Below, in pieces: positions 22,333 to 37,542 of a DNA stretch of 64,000 bases (position 1 is its first letter; each line of letters begins with the position of its first letter). Under the pieces are notes generated by a model. It was given only the letters and a program-made list of their open reading frames with translations. It ran no database searches and was not told the DNA's origin. A program made the position numbers and the translations under genes. The DNA is from Macrostomum lignano (Eukaryota): NCBI GenBank assembly GCA_002269645.1, contig NIVC01000247.1, forward strand, positions 310,001 to 374,000, read 5' to 3'.

Positions 22333-23148
22333 ACCATCCCTACAGTCACCATCCCTACAGTCAGCATCCCTACAGTCACCATCCCTACAGTCACCATCCC
22401 TACAGTCAGCATCCCTACAGTCCCCATCCCTACAGTCACCATCCCTACAGTCAGCATCCCTACAGTCAGCATCCCTACAGTCACCATCCCTACAGTCACC
22501 ATCCCTACAGTCAGCATCCCTACAGTCACCATCCCTACAGTCAGCATCCCTACAGTCAGCATCCCTACAGTCACCATCCCTACAGTCACCATCCATACAG
22601 TCAGCATCCCTACAGTCAGCATCCCTACAGTCACCATCCCTACAGTCACCATCCCTACAGTCACCATCCCTACAGTCAGCATCCCTACAGTCACCATCCC
22701 TACAGTCACCATCCCTACAGTCACCATCCTTACAGTCAGCATCCCTACAGTCACCATCCCTACAGTCAGCATCCCTACAGTCACCATCCCTACAGTCACC
22801 ATCCCTACAGTCACCATCCCTGCAGTCACCATCCCTACAGCCAGCATCCTTACAGCCACCATCCCTACAGTCACCATCCCTACAGTCAGCATCCCTACAG
22901 TCAGCATCCCTACAGTCACCATCCCTACAGTCACCATCCCTACAGTCAGCATCCCTACAGTCACCATCCCTACAGTCACCATCCCTGCAGTCACCATCCC
23001 TGCAGTCACCATCCCTGCAGTCACCATCCCTACAGTCAGCATCCTTACAGCCACCATCCCTACAGTCACCATCCCTGCAGTCACCATCCCTGCAGTCACC
23101 ATCCCTGCAGTCACCATCCCTACAGTCAGCATCCTTACAGCCACCATC
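22333..23148. repeat. 18-bp minisatellite, about 45 copies
   Basis: accatccctacagtc(acc/agc) variants. Confidence 0.95.
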
Positions 23149-23744
23149 TTTGTAATATTCTCAAAGTTTTCAATACACATACACATAAGTATCCGCAGCA
23201 GTGCAGCAATTGGCTGCTTATCATTTAGTGTCAGAACAAAGTCAGCTGTGATTGTTACAGATTGGAGTTAATTCTCGCATAAGACATGAGCAGAGGTCAT
23301 TGGATGGCTTCGAAGTCCCTGTGGGCTGATTCAGCAGGGCCAGCCCCTTGCCAAGCTGACCACAGAAAGCTGGCAGATGGTCAAATGACTCTGACTTGAG
23401 GCAACCACAGATACAGGTGCCACCCTTATGGTGTTGGGTCTCATTGAAAAATAATTTCTTAATAGATTAGGCACCGGAAAGAATCATTTTAAAAACTTAA
23501 GACTGCAATGCCAGAATTTTACATTGCAAAATCATGAAGTCTTATGCTAACGAAGTGGCTGACAAGTCTCTTCGGCACACTGAAGCTTCCTGACTGTTTA
23601 AGTGACTGACGGTTGGTCACCTTTTGCTGTCAAATAACTATCAATGAAGAATAGAGGTAAATCAAGCTAAAATAATGATAGAAACTCAACTTTTGACCTC
23701 TTGGAAATGACATGCACCTGGACAGGGATCGTGGTAGGAGTGCC

Positions 23745-24217
23745 AGGCAAGAGACAGGGGTGCCCGGCAAGAGACAGGGGTTCCCGGCAAGAGACAGGGG
23801 TTCCCGGCAAGAGACAGGGGTGCCCGGCAAGAGACAGGGGTTCCCGGCAAGAGACAGGGGTTCCCGGCAAGAGACAGGGGTGCCCGGCAAGAGACAGGGG
23901 CACCCGGCAAGAGACAGGGGTTCCCGGCAAGAGACAGGGGTGCCCGGCAAGAGACAGGGGTGCCCGGCAAGAGACAGGGGTTCCCGGCAAGAGACAGGGG
24001 TTCCCGGCAAGAGACAGGGGTGCCCGGCAAGAGACAGGGGTTCCCGGCAAGAGACAGGGGTTCCCGGCAAGAGACAGGGGTGCCCGGCAAGAGACAGGGG
24101 TTCCCGGCAAGAGACAGGGGAGCCCGGCAAGAGACAGGGGCACCCGGCAAGAGACAGGGGTTCCCGGCAAGAGACAGGGGAGCCCGACAAGAGACAGGGG
24201 TGCCCGGCAAGAGACAG
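23745..24217. repeat. 20-bp minisatellite (gttcccggcaagagacaggg), about 23 copies
   Basis: Direct inspection. Confidence 0.95.
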
Positions 24218-24282
24218 TGGATGCCCCCAGTCGGATCAGTTTAATTGCAATTGAATTTGAGCAAAGGGTTTGCAAACAGAGG

Positions 24283-24355
24283 CAGAGCAGCTCAGCGCTA
24301 AACGCGTCTGACTCTCCCGCCGCGACCCCGGGTTCGATTCCGTTCGTGGCCGAAA
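24283..24355 (+). mobile_element. tRNA-derived SINE head (degenerate)
   Basis: A-box-like GCAGCTCAGCGCTAAACG and B-box GGTTCGATTCC. No complete cloverleaf. Confidence 0.45.
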
Positions 24356-24987
24356 TCACTCGGGCTTGTGTGAGCAGGAAAAATTGGCCCCGTGAGTTGT
24401 CGTGCAGCTGAAGAAGTGCAGCGCCTGAGGCAAAATGGCAAAAGCAAAGCACTGACAATGCGCTCGCAGTCTCCAACCTTCATCTGGAACGGCCCCGCCC
24501 AGCTCAGCACTCGCAGCTGCAAAGAGACAACTGTTTGAGTTTGTAATCACCCCATACTGGCCTCTCGAACCACCCAACCCCCCGCACCCCCTGCCTCAGA
24601 GGCAATAAACGAGTCTAGCCAGCTCACTACTCAAAACAGACTGAGCACAGCACTGCTGGTTGCCCCCGGCAATCGCAAAGGCTGGACAGAGCTCGCCTTT
24701 AAACCGCAGGGAGGCTGGCAGAGCGGTGTGCTGGCCTGAGAATAGCGAGCGAGCAGAGATAATTGCTGCTTGAGTTTGAGCTGGCCTCTCTAACCACCCT
24801 CTCTCTACGGCTCAAGACTGCGTTATTCTGTCATAAATAACTATTGTTAACAGCCATTGTTAGCAGGAATGCAAAATGCAGTGCATTGCTGCGGCCGAGA
24901 GCTGGACAGAACAGAGATAGGCTGCCAGAGCTGGGCTGCACTTTAATGATAAATACCTGATGAAGCCCGAGACTGCAATTGAGAGGC

Positions 24988-25075
24988 TGAGCAGCTCAGC
25001 CGAAACGCGTCTGCCTCTCGCCAAAAAATGCATGCACTGTGGTTCGAATCCGTGCGATTGGCCTGAGGCAGTTCT
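24988..25075 (+). mobile_element. Second tRNA-derived SINE head related to 24283
   Basis: GCAGCTCAGCCGAAACGCGTCTG followed by B-box GGTTCGAATCC. Confidence 0.45.
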
Positions 25076-25235
25076 CAAGCATGAAGGCCAACTTCTCGGG
25101 CCTTCTAGCGGAATGGGTCAGCGTGCGTTTCCTTTGTGGATGCAACAGATATTAAAGTACACTTGCTTTCGCCAAGTTCAATCAATGAACCATTTGGACA
25201 GAAGCTGCATCATTAACATTAGCAAATAAGAATCA

Positions 25236-25874
<639 letters not shown>

Positions 25875-26544
25875 TCATCAAAAAGGACCAGAAACATGGC
25901 ATATTTAGTAGCCGCACAGACAAAATATAAGCATAGAAAAATATGCATCACCTTGGAACAACAAGAGAAGCGTGAGGGCTCATAATCGGGCTTCAGTGTG
26001 ACAAGATGTCGCACTAGACAGCTACAGGATTCGAAAACAGAAGCAATGAAAATGCACCTAACCCAAGGGTATGTCGCACTGATCGTGCCGTCCCAGAAAG
26101 ACCGCAAACTGAAAAATTTATCATTATCGAGAAATATCATTTGAAAATTGGCTTTGAACTCGCAGCTATAAATTATTTCCAGAAAAATAGAACTCTTAAG
26201 GAAACAAACCAGCACCATAAATCCACAGAAAATTGCAAAAGACCAACTGCAGAAGTGCATGTACTTAAGCTAGCAAAAGAAGAAGTATTTGACCATCTTG
26301 GCAAAGTTGCGCGTTCAGTAAACAATAGAAATTGCAACGTGAGCATTCTCGAAATAAAATTAGCGACATGCTTTGCCTCGCGTCAGGCATCATCCGGGCT
26401 CATAAGGAATCAGAAACGGCTAATAAATTTATTTTTATATAAATTTAGACGAAGCAGAGGGTCGATAAAAGTCGCAATAAAGTACGCTAAGTTAGCAGTC
26501 AATGGGCATCGCGCAGTGTTGCGGAGCGCGCAGTGCAGCAACGA

Positions 26545-27397
26545 AGAGAGAGAGAGAGGGAGAGGGAAAGAGAGGGAGAGAGAGGGAGAGAGGGGGAGAG
26601 AGAGGGGGAGAGAGAGAGGGAGAGAGAGGGAGAGAGAGGGAGAGAGAGGGAGAGAGGGGGAGAGAGGGAGAGAGAGGAAGAGAAGGAAAGAGGGAGGGAG
26701 AGAGAGGGACAGAGAGAGGGAGAGAGAGGGAGAGAGAGGGACAGAGAGAGAGAGAAAGAGAGGGGAGAGAGAGGGAGAGAGGGGGAGAGAGAGGGAGAGA
26801 GGAAGAGAGGGAGAGAGAGGGAGAGAGAGGGAGAGAGAGAGGAGAGAGAGGGAGAGAGAGAGAGAGGGAGAGAGAGAGAGGGAGAGAGGGAGAGAGAGGG
26901 AGAGAGAGGGAGAGAGGGGGAGAGAGAGAGGGAGAGAAAGGGAGAGAGAGGGAGAGAGAGGGAGAGAGAGAGAGGGAGAGAGAGAGGGGGAGAGAGGGAG
27001 GGAGGGAGAGAGGGAGGGAGAGGGAGAGAGAGGGAGAGAGAAGGAGAGAGAGGGAGAGAGAGGGAGAGAGAGGGAGAGAGAGGGAGAGAGAATGAGAGAG
27101 AATGAGAGAGAATGAGAGAGAATGAGAGAGAAGGAGAGAGAGGGAGAGAGGGGAGAGGGAGAGAGAGGGAGAGAGAGGGAGAGAGAAAGAGAGAGAGGGA
27201 GAGAGAGGGAGAGAGAAGGAGAGAGAAGGAGAGAGAGGGAGAGAGAGGGAGAGAGAGGGAGAGAGAGGGAGACTGGGAGAGAGAGGGAGAGAGAGGGAGA
27301 GAGAGGGAGAGAGAATGAGAGAGAATGAGAGAGAATGAGAGAGAAGGAGAGAGAGGGAGAGAGGGGAGAGGGAGAGAGGGGAGAGAGGCAGAGAGAG
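26545..27397. repeat. GA-rich (GAGAGAGG-type) simple repeat
   Basis: Almost pure purine tract. Confidence 0.95.
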
Positions 27398-27634
27398 TCT
27401 GTGCACACCTACATTAGAATGCTCTAAGGAGGGCATTGGCACCATGATTGGCAAGTTGCTTATCTTGGATTGATTTTCGGAATTTTATGTACAGGACTTC
27501 AAGCATTTTAGTCTGTATTCAGTTGAGAACTTGTGAATTGTAAAAAAAATCTTCTTTACTTGCACAAGGGTAGGGTCGTTTCATCTGTGTAGGTCATACT
27601 CCGGTCACCAGAGAATTGATATTGGTACACCTCT

Positions 27635-28420
27635 AATTAGAGACCCCATTATCCAGGTAATAAATCTCTAATAGGAGACCCCATTATCCAGGTAATAATC
27701 CTCTAATTAGAGACCCCATTTTCCAGGTAATAATAAATCTATAATTAGAGACCCCATTATCCAGGTAATAAATCTCTAATAAGAGACCCCATTATCCAGG
27801 TAATAAATCTCTGATTAGAGACCCCATTATCCAGGTAATAAATCTCTAATTAGAGACTCCATTATTCAGGTAATAGATCTCTAATTAGAGACCCCATTAT
27901 CCAGGTAATAAATTTCTAATTAGAGACCCCATTATCCAGGTAATAAATCTCTGATTAGAGACCCCATTATCCAGGTAATAAATCTCTAATTAGAGACCCC
28001 ATTATCCAGGTAATAAATCTCTAATAGGAGACCCCATTATCCAGGTAATAATCCTCTAATTAGAGACCCCATTTTCCAGGTAATAATAAATCTATAATTA
28101 GAGACCCCATTATCCAAGTAATAAATCTCTAATTAGAGACCCCATTATCCAGGTAATAAAACTCTGATTAGAGACCCCATTATCCAGGTAATAAATCTCT
28201 AATAGGAGACCCCATTATCCAGGTAATAAATCTCTAATAGGAGACCCCATTATCCAGGTAATAATCCTCTAATTAGAGACCCCATTTTCCAGGTAATAAT
28301 AAATCTATAATTAGAGACCCCATTATCCAGGTAATAAATCTCTAATAAGAGACCCCATTATCCAGGTAATAAATCTCTAATGGAGACCCCACTATCCAGG
28401 CCATAAACCTCTAATTAGAA
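27635..28420. repeat. About 35-bp minisatellite (agagaccccattatccaggtaataaatctctaatt), about 21 copies
   Basis: Direct inspection. Confidence 0.95.
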
Positions 28421-28834
28421 ATCTCTAATCTTTATCTCGCAAGCAACTCAGCCCTAAGCAAATATGAATATGAACTCCAGTTCAAAAGAAGCAATTATAA
28501 GAACAAATTGAAGTATTTCACAAATCCTTCTTACAACTGATGCAGCCAAGTTTCATGTGTATATTTTGAAATTCTAAAACGCCTCACATTTGATGACCGA
28601 GATAAGCGATCAAATGGAATTTTCATAATTCAATTTTTCCTAAAAAGTTCAAACATCCAAACTAAATAACAAACTTGCATAGCAACAGAAACCCAGGTGC
28701 GACGCGTGAGAACAGGACAGGAAAACATTTGGAAAGTGAAAAGCATTGGCTCTGCGGTACGCATAACTCTTCTTTGCGAATTCAACTGGGTTCGGAGCCG
28801 GCCTTCATCATTCCTTAATCTCTCGGCTTTTCAT

Positions 28835-29295
28835 TCATTTCCATCCCTTCATTCCTTCCCTCCCTTCATTCCTTCCCTCCCTTCATTCCTTCCCATCCCT
28901 TCATTCCTTCCCATCCTTTCATTCCTTCCCATCCTTTCATTCCTTCCCTCCCTTCATTCCTTCCCATCCCTTCATTCCTTCCCATCCCTTCATTCCTTCC
29001 CATCCCTTCATTCCTTCCCATCCTTTCATTCCTTCCCATCCCTTCATTCCTTCCCATCCCTTCATTCCTTCCCATCCTTTCATTCCTTCCCATCCTTTCA
29101 TTCCTTCCCATCCCTTCATTCCTTCCCATCCCTTCATTCCTTCCCATCCCTTCATTCCTTCCCATCCCTTCATTCCTTCCCATCCCTTCATTCCTTCCCA
29201 TCCTTTCATTCCTTCCCATCCTTTCATTCCTTCCCATCCCTTCATTCCTTCCCATCCCTTCATTCCTTCTCATCCTTTCATTCCTTCCCATCCCT
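28835..29295. repeat. 18-bp pyrimidine repeat (cattccttcccatccctt)
   Basis: Direct inspection. Confidence 0.95.
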
Positions 29296-30019
29296 ACATT
29301 TCTTCTTTCTTTTCAAACCTCTCTAACGCGCCAGAAAAAATCATTTTAGCTGCTACGCCAGACAATGGGCAGCGGGATCACAGTGCATGTGAATATAACT
29401 TGTACTAAACGGCTCTGAATCGCCAAAGATACTTTACCAATTACATTTCAGTCAATGTTAAAAAATTATTTAAAAATTGCACAAAAATTTCTGTCATATT
29501 CTAAACTGCCTACTACACCGATACTAAAGTTTTATAGTAGTAGGGATGGAAATATTTCAAAGGCTAAAAGAGATGCAAAAACCAAATTTAGTGCAATCCG
29601 TGCAATGAGCATAGGACTGCGGGAATGCAGATGAACAGTTTGCATTAATTGAATCGATAATATTCCAAAATTTGACACCAATGTGTGCAACTTTTGGATG
29701 TGTGATGTTGTTGGTAAATGTGATGCTAAAAAGTACAGATTAAAATGACTGGAAGGGCATGCACATACTACTAAGTAGAAACAATATTAGTAGTAATAGC
29801 AGGACTTTGAATTCTAAAACCAGTCTATAAAAAGCATTTCGTTTTTTATACAATAGAAACCTTTAAATGGCCGATATCTGGGCAGAATTTAGAGGCAAAA
29901 ATTCACCAACTTTAATTTTGTGTTAAAGTGGAATTCTTAAACTTGCAAAGAAGGAACTGTTGCAGAAATAGAGTGACAGTTGGAACGAGAGTGACAAGTA
30001 GATAGGGTGAAAAGTAGAT

Positions 30020-30505
30020 GGAGAGTGATAAGTAAAGGGAGAGTGACAAGGAGAGGGAGAGTGACAAGTAGTGGAAGAGTGACAAGGAGAGGGAGAGTGA
30101 CAAGTAGTGGAAGAGTGACAAGTAGAGTAAAAGTAACAAGGAGAGGGAGAGTGACAAGTAGAGGGAGAGTGACAAGTAGAGGGAGAGTGGCAAGTAGAGG
30201 GGGAGTGACAAGTAGAGGGGGAGTGACAAGTAGAGGGGGAGTGACAAGTATAGGGGGAGTGACAAGTAGAGGGGGAGTGACAAGTAGAGGGGAAGTGACA
30301 AGTAGAGGGGGAGTGACAAGTAGAGGGGGAGTGACAAGTAGAGGGGGAGTGAAAAGGAGAGGGAGAGTGACAAGGAGGGGGAGAGTGACAAGGAGAGGGA
30401 GAGTGAAAAGGAGAGGGAGGGTGACAAGTAGAGGGAGAGTGACAAGTAGAAGGGTATTGAAAAGTACGAAAGTGAGAGTAGTGCAGGGAGAGTGACAAGT
30501 AGGAG
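30020..30505. repeat. 18-bp purine-rich repeat (gagtgacaagtagaggga)
   Basis: Direct inspection. Confidence 0.93.
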
Positions 30506-30626
30506 TGACAATCAGAGACCGAGAAGCTCTCTAACCAGTAACTCCATGGCAGACAATAAGGCAGAGAATCACAGACTCTGTATTGCCATGTCGCAGAACC
30601 GCAGGCTTACAAAATCTCCTAAAATT

Positions 30627-31178
30627 TCATTTCTTAGAAAGCCGGCTGGAAGAAGCGGCCGGTCGCTGCTGCTGCGGCTGCCTTCGAGCTGTCAGCGGCG
30701 ACGCCGAAGGAGACGAAACTGGCGACGGTGCCCGGCGGGGCTGCAGGGAATTCCGTCGGTGAGCGTCGATCGCTGACATCGGCGACTTCTGCTGGAGGGG
30801 CGGCTGCTGTCGCTTCTGCTGCTGCTGCGCGGAAGAGGCCTTCTTTGGCGCCGGCTGGCTTGGGCGAACAAATTTCTCGTCTTTTTTCTGACCGTCTGCT
30901 TCCGGGGCTTTGCTGGGTATTAAAGCTGGAGCTGCTGTTGATGAAGCTGGAGCTGCTGTTGATGAAGCTGGAGCTGCTGTTGATGAAGCTGGAGCTGCTG
31001 TCTTGTGTTCTGTTTGCTTTTGCTGTTGCTGGCGGCGATGGCGCTCTTCCTGGTGGTTTATGGGGACCCCGGAGCGGCTGCTGTTGCCTGCCGAGCGGCA
31101 GGGGTCATGCTTCATCAGCAGGTGCTCGAGGGAGTCCCAGCCTCCGCCTACTCGAACCATCACGTGATTGCGCAATAC
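30627..31178 (-). CDS. GAS2: GAS2-family protein, GAR-domain exon 2 and low-complexity tail
   Basis: Acceptor catag|, then [28 protein letters not shown] and a Ser/Pro/Gln/Ala-rich tail to TGA. Confidence 0.88.
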   Translation of the reverse strand, partial: VLRNHVMVRVGGGWDSLEHLLMKHDPCRSAGNSSRSGVPINHQEERHRRQQQQKQTEHKTAAPASSTAAPASSTAAPASSTAAPALIPSKAPEADGQKKDEKFVRPSQPAPKKASSAQQQQKRQQPPLQQKSPMSAIDAHRRNSLQPRRAPSPVSSPSASPLTARRQPQQQRPAASSSRLSKK

Positions 31179-31194
31179 CTATGGGGTAGATTGA

Positions 31195-31785
<591 letters not shown>

Positions 31786-31793
31786 CAGCTCAC

Positions 31794-31901
31794 CCTAACA
31801 AAGATGAGCATCTGAGCATCTCCAAACAGGTATTTCCCCTCGTCCAGCCGTTTCATCGGGAAGGTCTGCTCGCAGGTGCACTCGTTGATCAGCTCGCGAA
31901 C
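31794..31901 (-). CDS. GAS2: GAS2-family protein, GAR-domain exon 1
   Basis: 108-nt phase 0-0 exon [36 protein letters not shown], with cag| acceptor and |GTGAGC donor. Confidence 0.9.
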
Positions 31902-31974
31902 CTGCCGGTTGTTTGAGGCAGAAAATTGTTAAATAGTGTAGGCCTATTGAAACCTTCTCTAGTCTCTGGGTGAG

Positions 31975-32125
31975 CCCCATAGTATCAAGGTCAGCACCAT
32001 AGTATCTGGGTCAGCACCATAGTATCTGGGTCGGCACCATAGTATCTGGGTCGGCACCATAGTATCTGGGTCGGCACCATAGTATCTGGGTCGGCACCAT
32101 AGTATCTGGGTCAGCACCATAATAG
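31975..32125. repeat. 20-bp repeat (tcagcaccatagtatctggg), about 7 copies
   Basis: Direct inspection. Confidence 0.9.
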
Positions 32126-32559
32126 CCTGGGTCAACAGCAAATTGATAGCTGGATAAGGGAGGGACACAGAATAACTCAAACCCATGTGGTATCCTATAA
32201 AAATACGAAAGCAATGGGTGACTGTCAATTTGACAATTACCGTAGGTGTATTATCAAAGTACACCCTGTACCAAAAATCAAGCGCATAAATATTAGGAAA
32301 AGTTGGCGGTACCTACACCGAAAAAAACACTGCTTGCTACATTGACATAATTTTTTATACTTTTATACTACTCACCATTTTGTGTCTGGCACGCTGTACA
32401 ACAGGGTTATGAGCGATCAAAATATTTAATTTTTTTCTTATATTATAAATTAGGACTTTATAACATTAACTTCATTTTCTGTTTTCGTAAGGGTTGGTGG
32501 GTTAAGATTTTAAATGGTTAAAGAGAGTCAGAGGACGTCTGTCCGAGGATCAGAGGTGT

Positions 32560-33130
32560 CTGAGGGTCAGAGGTGTGCGAGTGTCAGGTGTCTGAGGGTC
32601 AAAGAGGGTCAGAGGGTCATAGGAGGCCAGAGAGTCATAAGAGACCAGAGTTCATAGGAGGCCAGAGTTCATAGAGGGCCAGAGGTCATAGAGGGCCAGA
32701 AATCATAGAGGGCCAGAGGTCAAAAAGGGCCAGAGATCATAGAGGGCCAGAGGTCATAGAGGGCCAGAGGTCATAGAGAACCAGAGATCATAGAGGGCCA
32801 GAGGTCATAGAGGGCCAGAGATCATAGAGGGCCAGAGGTCATAAAGGGCCAGAGATCATAGAGGGCCAGAGGTCATAAAGGGCGAGAGATCATAGAGGGC
32901 CAGAGGTCATAGGAGGCCAGAGGTCATAGAGTGCCAGAGGTCATAGAGAACCAGAGGTCATAGAGGGCCAGAGGTCATAGAGGGCCAGAGGTCATAGAGG
33001 GCCAGAGATCATAGAGGGCCAGAGATCATAGAGGGCCAGAGATCATAGAGGGCCAGAGGTCATAGAGGGCCAGAGATCATAGAGGGCCAGAGATCATAGA
33101 GGGCCAGAGTCCTTGAGGGCCAGATGTCGT
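32560..33130. repeat. 17-bp repeat (gtcatagagggccagag), about 30 copies
   Basis: Direct inspection. Confidence 0.93.
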
Positions 33131-33301
33131 AGAGGGTCATCCAGAGAATTCGAGAGAGTCGCAAAGAACCTATCTAATAGCAAACTGAACCGAATGAAAG
33201 CAAACAAGTAATCTCAAAGTCGGGTCCGACCTCAATCAAAAACCGGAGCCACCCAACAGAATTCAAATCCAGAAAAACAACGGTGACAGACTCGAACCTA
33301 C

Positions 33302-34363
33302 CAGCTCATCCAGCGATTTCAGGTCGCACTGCCATCGGGTGGGTTTTTTACGCTTGAATGCCGGCAGGGCGGTAGCGGCTGCAGGGGCCTCAGTACCGCG
33401 TCTTGAGCTCGATGAGCTCTGCTGCTTGGAAGCTGGCCTTGCCGATGATGAAGCATTCGGCTTAGCAGCAGAGACTGCCGGGCTGGCAGCTGAGGCCAGG
33501 CCAGAGTCGTTGCTGGTGCAGCTGCTGCTGCTGCTGCTGCTGCAGCTCAGCTCCTGCTCATCGATCTCGCGCTCGAATCTCACAAGCTCCGGCACTTCAA
33601 CACCGAACGTGGCGCCAGCTCTCGCCACTTCGAGCAGGCAGAGAATCACGTGACGCGTGTTCTTCCGATTGGCCAGATCCTCGGTCTCGAACAGCAGACA
33701 GTCGGGCAGGCCCAGACTGCGGCACCAGCTGATGAAGTTGGCGATGTTGTCTCTGGCCTGGAAGGTGCCCGCCTTGGCTTCAAGACGGTAGCGAGGCGCT
33801 GATGGTGGCAGCCGCAGGAGTTTCTGGCGTTGCTGCTGCTGGGCCTGCTGGCTGGAGAAGTACTCCTCGGCTGCCAGCTGCAGCTGACCAGCATGGATGC
33901 ACAGCAGAGCTCCGTTGGCCAGTTCGTCAAAGAAAGACTCCACAGTGATGTCGCGATCGTAGAGGAAGTTGAGCCAGTCGGCGAGGTCCTCGGTCATGGC
34001 GTACAGGTAATCGTGACGGCTGCGGTACTGTTGAAGCCCGCCGCCGCCGCCGCGACCGAGGCCGCTGTCACCTGTTGAGGTGGTCGACGAAACTGAAGGC
34101 CGCCTGGCAGAGGCGGCAGACGAGGAGTTCATCTCGCCAAGCTGCAGTTGGCTGGACGCGGTGGCTGCTGCCGCGGTTAGCGTAGCAGTTCGCAGGAGAG
34201 TTGTCGATTGATTGGCTGCGCCGCCTGCCGGTGAGGATGACTGCGACTGACGTTCGCCTCGCTCGCGCAGGGAGAAGCGACGGTGAAGGGACTGCGGGAG
34301 ATTTGTTAATTCGTCAACATGCTGGTTAGTTTGCGGTGACGCGGTGAGTTGATAAACCCCTTT
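33302..34363 (-). CDS. GAS2: GAS2-family protein, calponin-homology exon
   Basis: YLYAMTEDLADWLNFLY...LANGALLC...FQARDNIANFISWCRSLGLPDCLLFETEDL...VILCLLEVAR...PELVRFEREI. Donor CTG|GTAGGT at 33301; candidate acceptor ctacag| at 34364. Confidence 0.88.
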
Positions 34364-35747
34364 CTGTAGACAATGCGACTTCAAAATTAAGTGGAATGTT
34401 TAACGCTGGCAATTTTTATTGAATAATATGACTTTTGGCTACTTATGTAAGTAGCATATATAATAAAAAAGTGTGTCAAAATTCAGGATGGCAAATTGAA
34501 ATTTTATACATGTGAAAGGGACGCTTTCAAAGGGCCTAAATTTTACACCTAAAACCACCACTCTTCACAACGCCTACAACCACCGCACTTCACGCCTAAA
34601 ACTGAATGTGAAGGAGCGTGCAGATATTTTAGCGTTGTGAAATTTAGGTCATATGAAGCACCCCGTGTAAGTCTTGAAATTCCCAATAATCCTAATGATT
34701 TTGTACAACTATTGATACTTCAAATGATATTTGAATTATAGACACTGTGGAACTTAATTTAAAGGGCACCCAGCTTAACATCCGGAATTCTAAATTCAGA
34801 ATGCGAAAAAAGAACTATAGTTGATGTTTCGCGACGCACGCTATGGCACAAATATTCCAGCTAGAGTTCAAGTGAGGTCAGGCAAGTTCTAACAACCACT
34901 CGCTCAGCGATTTGGCCTCCGGCAGTGAAGGGAGCTCAAGTAAAGCAGGACGCTGAGCTGCCGTCGCTCTGTCTAATGATTCTGAAATCATTATAGAAAA
35001 AGAAGGAAAACCACAGAAAAGTGACGAGGCACCTCTCAATCACAATTCTCGTCAATGCTGTGCCTCGGAGAGACCTGAGCCTGGAGCACGAGATGAATGT
35101 CCATCTCAAGTTCCGCTTCGCTCTCCTCTTAGTTCCTCCTAGTAAAGGGATTCCAGGCCAACAAAACAATTTTGCCTCGCTTCGATCTCGACAGCTCGAT
35201 TTTTTCTTGCTTGAGCTTTGTATTTGAGTCGGACTCTCGGAGGGAAAGCAGATATTATTGGAGAGAAGACCCGAGCTCCATTTCGCAAGGCTCGCATACA
35301 ATTTACTCAGTCTCCGAGCCTCTGCTTGCGTGCAGATTCTGGAATTCTGAAATCCGCATGACGACTCTCCGATTCCAATTAGGGCCAGTCGTGTTTGCCG
35401 CTAATTACTCGGGAGTGCCTTTGAGTTCAGGACATTTGTGCCCCGAAGCGCTCGAGGTCACGAGCACGACTCCAAGAGAGGGTGTTAGTTTAGGGACAAG
35501 TGCTCGAAAGATTTCAGGTCACAGAAATTCGAAAAAAAGTTTGGTTTTTCTTTTTCTACTGAACGAATTAAGGATAAATGAGGTTGGTCCACGGTGCTGG
35601 GCAAGTTAACCAGCGTCATGTTGAGTGTCGTGCGGACTTGGAAAGATCCTTCTGAACCGAAATCGAACTTCTAATAGAACTTCTTCAGGAAAGAATTATG
35701 TTGTGCTGTAAACAACCGCTCCCACCATTACACGTTCTTTCAAAGCT

Positions 35748-35962
35748 CGCTGGCAACTTTCTCGGCTGGCAACTTTCTCGGCTGACAACTTTCTCGGCTG
35801 ACAACTTTCTCGGCTGGCAACTTTCTTGGCTGACAACTTTCTCGGCTGGCAACTTCCTTGGCTGACAACTTTCTCGGCTGGCAACTTCCTTGGCTGACAA
35901 CTTTCTCGGCTGGCAACTTCCTTGGCTGACAACTTTCTCGGCTGGCAACTTTCTTGGCTGGC
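35748..35962. repeat. 16-bp repeat (gctgacaactttctcg), about 13 copies
   Basis: Direct inspection. Confidence 0.93.
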
Positions 35963-36872
35963 AAAGTTCATAGACCCAGGTTCAAACCACAACAAAATAT
36001 TCAAACAATTTGAGAGTTTCACAAAACTTTTCATAATGTTTACATGTAATTTGGTGAAGTTTCGGAAAAAACGTACAAACGGTCACACAGTCAGCCAACC
36101 ATGGTTTAACCTAGGTAGTCAAATTATTCTAAGTACGCTACGGAGGAAGTTCAGGGGAGGATCACTAAAAAAGGTCCGTTATTGAGAGCTGCGAAGCTGC
36201 ATCCATAGTATGTGGCGCATAACTTACGCTGGAGGCCGAAGGGATAAAAATCCTGCAACCTGGATGAGTCACCAGCAAGTCTCTGTTGGATTCGTAAATT
36301 TACCGATCAATTGCAACATTTTCAAACCAAACGGTGCTTTTTAATAAAACAAACTGCCTCACGCTGATAGGTGCAAGAAGGTGAAAACAAGCGAGTGGGT
36401 TCTGTTAGCAACTTTATACAGACACAGTCTCAAGTTTGAAAGGAAGTCGGCTAACACTTAAACTGGATCAGACCAGCAATTCGGAATCTTTGATATTGAA
36501 CCAACTACATTAGTGATTGACCAAATTTGACTCAGCGAAAACCAGCTTAACTTCCTGTCTCAACTGGACTTGGCATGACATGGTGTCAAAAAACCTATTT
36601 TCATTCAGGAAAACTGCATGCGTGGGGGAACTTGGACAGGCGCTGATAGATCATGTGACCTCATCGCCAACAAAACGTCACTGTAGCTAATGGACGACAA
36701 TTTCCCTTATCAAGCCCAGGTCATTCATCACACTAAGTGAAAAACGGTCAGTATGTCTTACACTGCACGAAAATTGATATCTTGCCAATACCAATGTCAA
36801 AATTGTATTTCAGCACAGCGCGAATGGAAGAGGCAGCAATAGCTAATTTTAATACGAGTGTTAAAGACGACT

Positions 36873-37542
36873 GCCCTCTCTCTCACTCCCTCTGCCCTCT
36901 CTCAGTTCCTCTGCCCTCTCTCATTTCCTCTGCCCTCTCTCATTCCCTCTGCCCTCTCTCTCACTCCCTCTGCCCTCTCTCATTTCCTCTGCCCTCTCTC
37001 ATTCCCTCTGCCCTCTCGCTCACTCCCTCTGCCCTCCCTCTCACTCCCTCTGCTATCCCTCTCACTCCCTCTGCTATCCCTCTCACTCTCTCTGCTATCC
37101 CTCTCACTCCCTCTGCCCTCCCTCTCACTCCCTCTGCCCTCCCTCTCACTCCCTCTGTTATCCCTCTCACTCCCTCTGCCCTCCTTCTCACTCCCTCTGC
37201 CCTCCTTCTCACTCCCTCTGCCCTCCCTCTCACTCCCTCTGCTATCCCTCTCACTCTCTCTGCTATCCCTCTCACTCCCTCTGCCCTCCCTCTCACTCCC
37301 TCTGCCCTCCCTCTCACTCCCTCTGCCCTCCCTCTCACTCCCTCTGTTATCCCTCTCACTCCCTCTGCCCTCCCTCTCACTCCCTCTGCCCTCCCTCTCA
37401 CTCCCTCTGCCCTCCCTCTCACTCCCTCTCACTCCCTCTGCCCTCACTCTCACTCCCTCTGCACTCCCTCTCACTCCCTCTGCCCTCACTCTCACTCCCT
37501 CTGCACTCCCTCTCACCCCCTCTGCCCTCACTCTCACTCCCT
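36873..37542. repeat. 21-bp pyrimidine repeat (ctctgccctccctctcactcc)
   Basis: Direct inspection. Confidence 0.93.

Noticed and set aside
24955-25015. Hammerhead-like CTGATGA...GAAACGCGTC
   Set aside because: Stem I flanks do not pair and stem II is ambiguous; GAAACGCGTC is better explained as the D-arm region of a tRNA-derived SINE head, with a related copy at 24283.
26141-27454. Long RE/SL-rich ORFs (also 11765-12857, 36737-37559, 39000-40017)
   Set aside because: Translations of GA-rich simple repeats.
27635-28420. CRISPR-like array (about 35-bp repeats)
   Set aside because: Head-to-tail repeats without unique spacers, in a eukaryotic context with no cas genes.
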